Shown in pieces: positions 26,901 through 36,339 of a stretch of DNA of 64,000 nt. Position 1 is the first letter of the stretch, and every line of letters starts with the position of its first letter. A program made the position numbers and the translations under genes. The stretch is from Antedon mediterranea (taxonomy: Eukaryota > Animalia > Echinodermata): NCBI RefSeq assembly GCF_964355755.1, contig NC_092675.1, positions 17,394,912 through 17,458,911 of the forward strand. The letters run 5' to 3'. Below the pieces are notes generated by a model. That model had not been told where the DNA came from. It saw nothing but the letters and a program-made list of their open reading frames with translations, and searched no databases.

Positions 26901-29900
26901 CCTAAAATCTCAGATGGTTTATGTTGACGGCGGTTCAGACCTGTATTCAATTGATTACCAGCTTCAGGCTACTTTACAAACACTTTCAGCAACTGATTTA
27001 CAATGCATGAGCTACCTCGAGCCATTCCTCTGTTTCAAAGCCTTTCCCCTCTGCGACGATAGCGGTAAAAGTAAAAGCATATGTCAGGAGGATTGCTCTG
27101 TACTCACAAGAAGCTATTGTCGTGACCTAACTGATCTGAAAGTCGCATATCCTGGACAATATCTGTGGATGCCTGCATACGATGACTGCAGTACTTTACC
27201 ATCAGTGAACGTAGACAGCCAATGCATAACAGTGGGACTAACGAATTGTACGTATATATAACATAATTGTTCCTTCTATAACTGAAAATTCTCAATGTAT
27301 TAATGTTGTTTAACCTTAGTTTTATTGATGTAATGTTACTGAATTTTAATATTTGTATTGATTGTTTGTGGGGTTTAATTGATATACAATATGTCAATCA
27401 ATTGTTCATTAAATATTTATCTAGCACTATAAATACTCGACAATGCAGTATTAATTCTACATAAGAAAATTCAGTAGTCATTCTGTAGTTCTTATTTTTT
27501 TAAATAAACCAACCCATTACACTAAATATTTTAAGATAAAAAACAAAAACGCTTAACATAATTATTTTTATGTTATATAGTATATCCACATACATTTAGC
27601 CTACTTCTCGTTAATCAGGCATTATTCGGCCTAAACTGTAAACGAATAATGACAGCTTAATGGAGTAATTAATATGTTCAACATCCACATAAATAAATCA
27701 ACTTATAATCAATAACAATGTTCATTTCTTTTAGCCAACACCAATCGGTCTCCAACTGCGGGGTAAGCTTTCCATTTATTCTAATTTTGATTGAATAATC
27801 AGTTTTTATACACCTAAACTAAACTACTCTAAATTCCTGTTTATTTCATCGAACGATTTTGGGTCACATGGCGTGCCATAGTACGCACTATTTAATGGTC
27901 GTTAAATAGTAGTTTCTGAATACTTACTGAATATGAATATAGGAAATTGAATATTATTTGTTCATTTTATCAACATTCTTTGCAGTGCTTTTGTCATTAA
28001 TCTGACATAAAGAGCTATTTAACTGGAACTTGATTAAATAATAGAACTCTTTACTAATATTAATAGGAAATGGCTTATATAACAAAGAACCAACATAGTA
28101 TTTTATTTCAATGAATAAATGATTGCCTGTACTAGGCCTATAGTTCGGCAGATGAAACTGTATATGTGTTCATTTTATATTTAGGTCTAAACCTGCCGGC
28201 AAATGCAGACCTTATAATTCTGACGGGATTTGCAGCGAATATGTTGGAAACAGGAACACGTTCATCAAATCCGGATTAACGTTAGCTAAAATCGAAACTA
28301 ATGTTATGTCTATATTCACGGCAGTCCTTACCCTAGGCTCAGTGAGCAGACAGTGTTCCAACTACCTCCTTCCATATATCTGTCTGAGGGCTCTTCCACC
28401 CTGCAACCGCAACGACAGGCCATTGGAGGTATGCCGCGAGGATTGTGAGGTCCTCTCGAATAATATTTGCTACGAAGAATTCAGAGCTACCCTGGCTACG
28501 GATGAACTAGATAATAGTGTATTCAAGCTAAATGACTGTCTGTCTCTGCCGTCTCAATCTGGCAAATACAGCTGCACCACTCTTAGTATATCAAGCGAAT
28601 TTAGAGGTAAGCGTCATCACTTCCTAATACTGTGAAACTTATGTACAATAGATTATATTTAACTTAAGCAGGTGAAAACCAATGTTGTATATCGTCATCA
28701 TCGTCTAATAGGTATTTACAACAAAAGTATGTTCTATTTTTGTAGCAACCGAAACTGATGTTGTTTTTCCTACAAGGTAATGCACACTTTATTATTTTCG
28801 TACCCATAATAATGCAATATAAATTTATTTGTGTATTTCTTTTTTAAAAAAACACCCAACACTGCATGAATTTAGTCGCACATTTTCGTTAAAAGTGTAA
28901 ATTTTATCAATGTTATTTTGTTATTATGTTTTTTTACCATGTATATTGTATCAGTATGTCCCTTTGGCCAAATTATATGCATAATAATCAAATATCACTT
29001 TATTTATAATTAAAGGCCTGCCTCCAATGATAAGAAAAGTATTCCTACAGGTTTCATTATGTTTATTTTGGTTTATAATGTCAATAATTAGTTGAAACGT
29101 ACAAAACATAGACAACGTGTCAATGATAATGCTCACTTATAAATTTGGACAATTTTGGATAGTCCACAGCCTACAAGAAATTGTGAGGCCTACAAAGGAA
29201 CAGTGTGTTCTAAGTACCTGTCTGGACGCAAAATCTACCTTAACAGCGGACAAAAACAGTCGGAAATTGAAAATGAGATTATTAAAATCAAGGAATTGCT
29301 AGACACTGAAATGGACTCGAATTGTGGTGGTTACCTCTTCAAGGAGATATGCCTTACAATGTTGCCAGTTTGCAATAGCCGGGCAAAGAAACGCGAGATT
29401 TGCCGAGAGGAATGCTCACAACTCCATAACGAATATTGTTATAATGATTATCAAACATTACAAGTATTGTTACGTGGCCGTGACGATGTCTTGACTGACT
29501 GTTCAACTTTGCCCTGGACTTCAGATATACGGGGCCCGACCTGTATTGAGCTCGGTGTTTCGTCATTACCCGAGGGTGAGTCTTCACCCCAGAAAAACAT
29601 GTACTATATATTATTATATATATTAAATACAAAGGCTGTTTGTTAATTATTTTACATATCTGTACTACTTACTTTTAATGTTACTTACTTTAATACTTTT
29701 ATTTTGTATGTTGACTGCATGTTCACTAATTTAGTAGAATGAAAAAGGCTACGTATAGTGCGCTTAACATTGGTAGATGAAATGCATGTAATAGTATATA
29801 TCCTTTAATATTTTTCCCTTTTAATTACGGTTTTTGAATTTAATTAGCTTATTATCATAATGTATCAGTTTTAATCTGTTTTATATTATGGTAATATTAG

Positions 29901-30518
29901 TTTTTATGTAGGCATGTATGTAAACGCTAACCAATTTTAAAGATTTTATTATATTTTTATATATAGGATTACATTTGATATAGGCCTAGAAGATTATCCT
30001 ACTATTATTTCCATATACCCTATCTTATTACCGTGCCGTTTTCATGCTAAAGTTAGTGCATATAAGTATTCATAATTATACTGCTATAAAGCGAAGATAT
30101 ACTACAGATTAGCACCTGCATCATCATTGTTTAATCCATTTTATCAGGGAAGAGTGAATTTACAATTGTAATTTCACTCTTCCCTGATGGCACTACCGAT
30201 ACGAAAGAAAATCAACAATAACGATGTATTGGTTTAACATTTTCAGTGGCTCCGCAAGTAGAAGTAGAGCTTGAAATGGATTCAAGTGCAAGACAAACGT
30301 CAACAGTTACTCTAAGATGTCGTGTGACTGGATCCCCACCTCCGACAATCGAATGGTCAAAAGACGGCGAGATACTACAGAGTACTAATAATATTTCATT
30401 AGATAGGAATAAAGTTCGCATTCAAGTTACGAGTGAACGAGAAGAAGGGACCTACACATGTACAGCGAAAAATTCAGCCGGAATAGACAAACAGAATATG
30501 CTCATTAATTTAGTATAG
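4099..30518 (+). CDS. Large secreted mosaic protein (~2,981 aa, 30 exons): signal peptide - hemicentin-type VWA module - FN3x2 - [spacer-Ig-FN3]x2 - mucin-Ig - [linker-Ig]x3 - Ror-type Frizzled CRD x3 - Ig; no TM or kinase
   Basis: GT-AG exons read manually, all phase-compatible: 4099-4315, 9970-10208, 10396-10518, 10907-11078, 11818-12054, 12431-12715, 13333-13524, 13717-13809, 14330-14620, 14840-15287, 16923-17245, 17668-17955, 18209-19166, 19267-19568, 21201-21482, 21577-22390, 22673-22977, 23265-23607, 23893-24188, 24655-24796, 25076-25398, 25728-25929, 26139-26476, 26554-26722, 26850-27247, 27735-27762, 28185-28606, 28746-28776, 29163-29575, 30247-30518. Summed length is 8946 nt (divisible by 3) and ends at TAG. 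N-terminus MWMFGELLTLIVFLQLGYA|Q looks like a signal peptide. Further micro-exons (e.g. ~14078-14117) cannot be excluded. Confidence 0.85.
6107..8874 (-). CDS. Candidate small antisense gene nested in intron 1 of the mosaic gene (3 exons, ~84 aa; no recognisable domain; could be non-coding)
   Basis: Exon-like blocks 8874-8837 (ATG...AG|gtaaag), 6836-6722 (ttatag|...|gtaagt) and 6208-6107 (ctag|...TAA) join in frame. AATAAA on the - strand at ~6000-5995. Confidence 0.3.
11500..11640 (+). mobile_element. 3' tail of a 5'-truncated non-LTR retrotransposon (stem-loop + AATAAA + A-rich tail)
   Basis: gaggg...cagctg...cagctg...ccctc hairpin followed by aataaagttgaaataaaaaaataaaaaaaa. Confidence 0.5.
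15853..16680 (+). mobile_element. Decayed LINE (CR1/L2/Jockey-group) reverse transcriptase fragment in an intron
   Basis: SGVPKGSVLGPLLF..FIND and LLFADDVKLY RT motifs, followed by frameshifted C-terminal remnants (KDLGI, RMVGFIWR). Confidence 0.85.
19730..19801 (+). pseudogene. tRNA-like element (Asp-like, ATC anticodon, non-canonical A32), family A copy 1
   Basis: A box TGGTCTAATGG, T arm CCGAG-TTCGAGT-CTCGG, acceptor stem with one mismatch, TTTTT just downstream. Confidence 0.6.
20102..20173 (+). pseudogene. tRNA-like element (Asp-like, ATC anticodon), family A copy 2
   Basis: Acceptor GCCCCAG/TTGGGGC+G, anticodon arm CTGC-ATATCAA-GCAG, perfect T stem, oligo-T terminator. Confidence 0.65.
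20420..20491 (-). pseudogene. tRNA-like element (tRNA-Pro-like body, loop CCTGTAA = TGT anticodon), family B copy 1
   Basis: Reverse complement GGCTCTGTGGTCTAGTGGTATGATACTCGCCCTGTAAGCGAGAGGTTGCAGGTTCGAATCCAGCCAGAGACA followed by TTTTTT. Mismatches in acceptor and T stems; C33. Confidence 0.6.
20787..20858 (-). pseudogene. tRNA-like element, family B copy 2
   Basis: Identical to 20420-20491. Confidence 0.6.
21820..22140 (+). repeat. Coding 24-bp minisatellite (EPMVTAAP-like octapeptide, ~13 degenerate copies) forming a mucin-like stalk
   Basis: Repeated gaaccaatggtaactgcagctcct within exon 21577-22390. Confidence 0.85.
25491..25666. mobile_element. MITE with ~38-bp terminal inverted repeats (PIF/Harbinger-like)
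   Basis: Left aggccaactcagacagcatcgtacgtcgaggcccgac; right gtcgggcctcgtcgtacgacactgtctctgagttggcct. Flanked by ata/tta-like triplets; CpG-rich island within an AT-rich intron. Confidence 0.8.
26850..29575 (+). other. Three tandem Frizzled-like cysteine-rich domains of the Ror/MuSK subtype (exons 26850-27247, 28185-28606, 29163-29575)
   Basis: Each exon has 10 Cys with the pattern CxxYxGxxC...CxxY(L)xxxxCxxxxPxC...(I/V)C(R/Q)E(D/E)CxxLxxxxC...DCxxLP...C. CRD3 QSEIENEI resembles ROR1 QGEIENQI as I recall it. Confidence 0.9.
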
Positions 30519-31600
30519 GATTAACAAATAATATTCAAAGGTTCTGTAAAAATAAGTAATGGATTTCTAACAAACTGTAAATTAATGTTTATCATGTATT
30601 ATAATTATTAGGCTAATGTTGATAGATTAAACATAGCGAAATATCATAAACGCATAATATAAGCGATATTAGAACTAAGATCTACTACAGAGAGGATGGT
30701 ACAGAGGGATATTCTTCCGATGTGCTACAGGACTTTTTCATATGTTATGAATTTTTCTGATTGTCAATGACTTGCAATAGTTAACCGGGTAGCTACTAGT
30801 AATACAGGTAGTATATACCTTTATCTTAAGATGCCTGTTGAGTCAATGTTGGTGACTTTTCCTACGAACAAATGCCCTGTCAGCCTAGCCTATACTATGT
30901 CCTGCTAATATTTAATTTGTAAGTGTTGCATTCGCATTTGGTACTCCTTTATCTTATTTTGTTCATCATTTATTTAATATTTCTCCCATACCGTTTCCTA
31001 AAGTAAAACTCATAGATAGGATCAATTTATAGGCTTCCAGTATCAAAACGTAGTAAATAAATAGAAACAACTGATGTATGTGTATGCTTAGTGGTTTAAC
31101 TGAGAACATCGTCTTTGACACAGTCATTACATCACAGAAGAAAATTATAACATTTGATATTAAATTATAACATAATAATGTTAGCTGCAATAAGATTATT
31201 AAACGAAGTTGAGCTGATTGGTGATAGTCATACCCACTTAATACGTGGAGTAGAACGTTTGAATATAACAATACCCTACTACACCAGATGCTAAAATATG
31301 GAATTAAATATAAAAGTAAATATTCTCCAACAAATCTTCATTTAAAGCTATATATTGATCTCATTTCTTTTCACAAAACTAAACTTTTTTTAAGTAAGAA
31401 AGGGCCACAATGTAAAACAGAGTTTCCTTTTCTGCTTGTGAAATCCTGTATAAATATGTTGTTATTTTTATAATAGTTAACTGAATCAGTGTAAACTAGT
31501 AAACAAAAAACGCTTTTCGGTCGTATACGCGAATTATCGCATTAGCAATAAAACTAACTGGGCATATTAGGCCTAATTAAGACGGTTGTAAAGATGAGTA

Positions 31601-34093
31601 CTATGGGTGTTGCTGGAATCGTTTGACGTAGCGTTTTTGATACAAATGAACATTTTCTGGCTTTGTATTATTTTTAATTTCAAACACTTTGGTTTCAGTC
31701 AATACTGGTGGTCGAAATCGCTCGGAACCAGAGTAGATGTGTTGTTTTTCAGATATCTGGCTCTTCGGCGCTAGCGCAGGTCGGCGTATTGAAGATATTT
31801 GTCGAAGCCTTTGTTTTCTGTTTTGTTTTTCTAGCTCTGAAATATCTTTTAAACATAATGTTTTATCCTTTTTGCATTCTTCGGAGCGTAACAAATCTTC
31901 TGAACTTGAAGACCAACCTAAACTTGGTAGTGACATACTTGATGTCAACGAAGAGGTCGAGTCTGTAGGATACTTTAAATGTGAATCAAAAGCAACACGT
32001 ACTTCTATGTTAGAACTTGTCAATGGAACTTTGTTTGAGACTGTAGCTAATGTTTCTATTTCGTCCTCTGAATGCCCAGCAGATCTTTGAATGGTGTTTT
32101 CGATACTGTTAATGTTATTACTTGAAAACATATTTTGGGGTAACCGTGGGTGGTAATTTCTAGAACGTCTTCTGGCGTCCATTTTCTCCAAATCTGAACG
32201 AAGAGAATCAATTTTTCGATTTAACTCATTTCGTCGATTTTCAGATTCTATTTCCTTTTGACGTTTGCATTCTTTTCGAGTTTCTCTTTTCGCTTTTTGT
32301 CCCGAATTGGTCGATGAACTGGGAGAATCCAACGTAATCTTTTTATTTCTTGAGCGAGTCTTAAGTCCGGGAGTCACAGGAGTCGATTGTGAATTTCTGA
32401 GCGTAAATTCCTGATCTTTGTGGTGTGGCGGATTAAAGTATTTACTACTTTCTGAATTTCGTCGATATACCGATTCCTTTCGTGGTGGTGCACTACTTGT
32501 CCTGATGTTCGAGCCAGTTCGCGGTCTAACGGAGTGAGTGAAACTTCTCGATTCTAAATTAAAACGTACGTTATTCTGAAATTTGTTTCTTATTTTACAG
32601 ACAGCATTTTGCCATCTCGCAATGCTAGGAGATGATACAGCCTTTGTATGAAGTACAGATGCACTATGAGGTTTCAAGATTGTATCATCCAGTACAGGGT
32701 CACTGTGCGGTCTGTATTTTCGGTTAGGTGTACTCTCAGGTCGCAAACTTTTTGATTGTGAAATTCGCGATTTGTTAGTTGTTTCTGGTGATTTTATAAC
32801 TTTTAAAATACTTATATCTGTAAATGAACATAATCGTTTCTTTGTAACAGGTGTTGTTAGATTATTCGGTAGTTGTTGTTGGCTTGGTTCATCTGAACTC
32901 TCCGTTTCATGAATACCCGAATCAGACCGTTCAATATTGGTGGAAGCTTTTCGCCGATGTTTTATTCTTGACATTTTCTTACTTCTAGCATGAAAATCTA
33001 CACTGTGGAAAACATCATCTGTTTGATCTAAATCACTATCAGATGTCTCGTAGTCTGGCGAGATTTCACGTATACGCGAATTGACGTCAAGTGACAAACT
33101 TTCTAAAACTGAGGCGCTATCCACTTGAGAACAATTGGATACATTGTGGGAAGAAAGACGTGAATCTGTATGCCTTCTTAGAAGATGTTTTGGAATTTGA
33201 TTTCCAGGATGCATTTTACTTTTATTTACTAACCACATGACGTCTTCAATAGAGTATGTGCCATCTTTATGGAAGTCAAAGAAACTTTTTAATATTGCTG
33301 GTGTAGACTTTTTTCGTGGATTAGTTGCGCTCATTCTATAAGAAGCAGAGTTCTGAATTTCGTAAATACGGTATGCCGTCGCCAAACACGTTGACATTGA
33401 TTTTTTAGTTTCCTCTTCATTTTCCGACACAACTTGTTTATTTGATGCTGAATTAGACCGTGGAAATTGCTGAGTTGGACTACAATAAATTCTGTCTAAG
33501 TTAACGTTAACATTTATTGGATTCGTTTGAGCCCATTCCAAAGCGTTCTTAAAATTGATATTATCACGTTTTGAAAGTGACGCTAGGCCGATAGTTATCA
33601 GAACTTCTGCACATGAAAGAAACCCTAGTCTTGATGCTATCATTAGAGGTGTCTCACCTAAGTTATTTGGAAGATCTACTGAAGAGTGGTTCCTTTTCAA
33701 CACTTTTACCATTTCTGTGACAATATCTACTTCGCCAGAGATTGCAGCGTGATGCAGAGGTGAATTTCCATCATAATCCAACATATTAAAATCATAATCA
33801 ACTTGAGACAAGAACATTTTTACAAGTTCGTAACGCCTTCTTATACAAGCATGGGTTAAAGCATTTTTACCATCTCCATCGGCTATACCAACTTGAGCAC
33901 CGCATTTTAGTAGCATGCGAGCTATACAAGCGGCAGTGTTTGTATTTTCAATCTCACAAGTAAGTATTAGCGGCGTTTTTGTTTCATCATCTTTAGCATT
34001 GATGATTTCATTATTCGTCGTCCTGTTGCGTGTTGCCAATATATACATAACTTGTTGTGTTCTTTCTTGTCGAATTGCCCTGTGTAAAGCCAT
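31601..34093 (-). CDS. Ankyrin repeat protein, ANKRD63/ANKRD34-like: N-terminal ankyrin repeats plus a long Ser/Arg/Lys-rich disordered tail; intronless CDS, 830 aa from the first ATG
   Basis: Uninterrupted 2.5-kb ORF. Ankyrin motifs KTPLILTC, GKNALTHAC, GNSPLHHAA, GETPLMIAS. The ORF-track start at 34102 is TTG; the first ATG (aagATGG) is at 34093. Confidence 0.88.
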   Translation of the reverse strand: MALHRAIRQERTQQVMYILATRNRTTNNEIINAKDDETKTPLILTCEIENTNTAACIARMLLKCGAQVGIADGDGKNALTHACIRRRYELVKMFLSQVDYDFNMLDYDGNSPLHHAAISGEVDIVTEMVKVLKRNHSSVDLPNNLGETPLMIASRLGFLSCAEVLITIGLASLSKRDNINFKNALEWAQTNPINVNVNLDRIYCSPTQQFPRSNSASNKQVVSENEEETKKSMSTCLATAYRIYEIQNSASYRMSATNPRKKSTPAILKSFFDFHKDGTYSIEDVMWLVNKSKMHPGNQIPKHLLRRHTDSRLSSHNVSNCSQVDSASVLESLSLDVNSRIREISPDYETSDSDLDQTDDVFHSVDFHARSKKMSRIKHRRKASTNIERSDSGIHETESSDEPSQQQLPNNLTTPVTKKRLCSFTDISILKVIKSPETTNKSRISQSKSLRPESTPNRKYRPHSDPVLDDTILKPHSASVLHTKAVSSPSIARWQNAVCKIRNKFQNNVRFNLESRSFTHSVRPRTGSNIRTSSAPPRKESVYRRNSESSKYFNPPHHKDQEFTLRNSQSTPVTPGLKTRSRNKKITLDSPSSSTNSGQKAKRETRKECKRQKEIESENRRNELNRKIDSLRSDLEKMDARRRSRNYHPRLPQNMFSSNNINSIENTIQRSAGHSEDEIETLATVSNKVPLTSSNIEVRVAFDSHLKYPTDSTSSLTSSMSLPSLGWSSSSEDLLRSEECKKDKTLCLKDISELEKQNRKQRLRQISSIRRPALAPKSQISEKQHIYSGSERFRPPVLTETKVFEIKNNTKPENVHLYQKRYVKRFQQHP

Positions 34094-35689
34094 CTTAAGC
34101 AATCGTTCTGATAAAACAAAACTATAACATTCAATAGGCCGTCAATATCAAATTTGTAGTTAAACACAACCAAGGAGCGTCTGTGATGTTCGTTTCTATT
34201 TTGTGTAAACAACTCCGCCTGATTTATGCGCTAAAATAACTCGTATATGCGCATGACCGCCCTCTCAACGAGATTGATAATCGTTTAATTGATAACACTT
34301 CCTCGACGCAATGCGAGGCAGGTGTTTCTCGTTTCTCTTCATTCTAATTTCATATCCAAAAGCGTTTTTCTGCCGTTCTAAAAAAGGAAAATAGTTCACG
34401 GGAAATTAACTTATCGACTTATGTTCTGCAATAACGCGCCTAATCGACTTCAATATTTTTAAATATCTGTACGGCGAGTAATAATAATCCTCTCTTTAAT
34501 GTTCAGCTAAATCTACGAAGTATTGTCGGTGGAATATTTTGTATACTAGGCCTATATTGCTGCGCAGTTATGTGATCACTTATAGACATTAGATCCACAT
34601 TACATTTATGTTGGTCGGATGCTCACCAGATGCATCATAATACCGATCCATGGTGCAGATTATTATGGTATGATACCAAACGGATAATTGTGGTGTGGCC
34701 CTAGTTTTAGTGTTAAGCCCATCCGCAAAAGCTACAATGTCACCAATGCACGGCCGTCTATGTTCGTAGCATTCTTATATATCCATTAATGCAATGTAGC
34801 ATAAACAGTGGTGTGCGAACCTATAATAGAGTAAAATATTAATCGATGAAAACGAAAGGTGTTAATTACGTCAATTTATCAAATCACCGCCGACAAACGC
34901 ATTGTTTTATTAACCGTTTTCTACTCCATTTAAGCCAAGTACCTTCTGACAATTTTGATTGATTCAGCAATGCATTTAGTGTTTTTCGTTTTGTCTGTAT
35001 TATAATTATGAATACATAAAATAAGTATGCCATACTGTAATGTGAAAATGGCCGCGGGTGGTTGGGTAAAGTGAAAATGGCCGCGGGCGGTTGGAGTGGA
35101 TTCATCTTTGCAGTCCTCAATTTTGATAAAATGTAAATGATGAATGTTAAATCAGTGTTAAATGTTGTCTATATTCGGATATTGGATCCGCCTACTGTAA
35201 TTAATTAGTTGGCGGATAACCCATTGTCATTGTCAGGATCATACGCGCGATTTTATGAAATGTTAAGGTTGATCATAAATTCTGGACAAAAATTCATTTT
35301 TCAATTAAACTTTACGTGTACTTTATGTGTTTATAATAAGTAGCAATGCCAAAATAATAAAAATAGCGTGCTACGCAAAAACATTACGCGATGACCTGTA
35401 TTTAAAATTTCAAAATGCGCACAATTACTTTCTAATCAATTTCGCGTACATTTCAGGTCATTTTGAGCATTTCAAAATTTTCAAATGTGTTGGCGTTTTG
35501 TGCACGCACTTCTCGTACAAAGCGTAGAAAAGTTATTTTTGCAATCATACCTTCTGTAGTAGATTTCATTTTTTTAAGAACTTTAATTGTAAAATAACGA
35601 AAAAAATCGTGTGCTAAAAAAATAAGATGGCTGGTGATACTATACAGGTATGGATGGCCACACGAATTTAAAAAAAAAAGTATTTTTTC

Positions 35690-36270
35690 TCTTTTGTACT
35701 AGTTAATCCCATTTAACATCACGCTAATGCGTACTGCATTTTCTGACTTTAATATTATGTTCTTACTCAATCAATTCTCGTTCAAATAAGCTACAAAAAT
35801 GAAATTTTTATTACGTCATCATATCCAAAAATGAGAATAGAGAATACTGTATAATTTCATCTATACACTATATTTTAATCATCGGAAAGAAAAGTGACCC
35901 ACGTGATTAAAACTTATTATGGAAGCTGTTGAATATGAATTCATATAAAAAGTGTGTCTATCTGATGGCATGCCGTCATCATATGGTCAGTTGAATTAAA
36001 AAAGCCAGATTTTCATCTCTTTCGTAAAAGTTCATTGCGTTTAAAAGAGAACGCATCTCACTTTTACGTGCCCAAAATTCTTAACATTTTTATTGATGTA
36101 ATTATTTATTATACAATTGTTATCTTCATTTGATGACGTCATCATGTTAAAAATTGGACTAAAAGATGGGTCTCGTAATTTCTTCTATGCTACACTGAAT
36201 ATAATGTATACAGTTTATTCCGTAAATACTGATGTGCTTTATGACACAAAATAGGTAAAATTCAGGACTG
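35690..36270. repeat. Dispersed repeat; diverged inverted partner at ~42900-43600
   Basis: tgatgacgtcatcatgttaaaaattgg (~36132) is the reverse complement of ccaattttgaacatgatgacatcatca (~43003) apart from 2 mismatches; ggaagctgttgaat (~35921) pairs with attcaacagcttcc (~43244). Confidence 0.65.
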
Positions 36271-36339
36271 TAAACATATTTAATTATAGGATGGCATAAT
36301 AATTGTCGGCATTCATATTTTAATAGTTACAATCCTAAT

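Noticed and set aside
17576-29632. Numerous - strand ORFs overlapping exons of the mosaic gene
   Set aside because: Antisense shadows of real coding exons.
26850-30518. Calling the large gene Ror or MuSK
   Set aside because: There is no kringle, transmembrane helix or tyrosine kinase exon; the ORF stops after a terminal Ig and the next gene begins ~1 kb away on the other strand.
4099-30518. Calling the large gene hemicentin (HMCN1)
   Set aside because: Only the N-terminal module is hemicentin-like. It lacks the >40 tandem Ig array, the EGF repeats and the fibulin C-terminal module.
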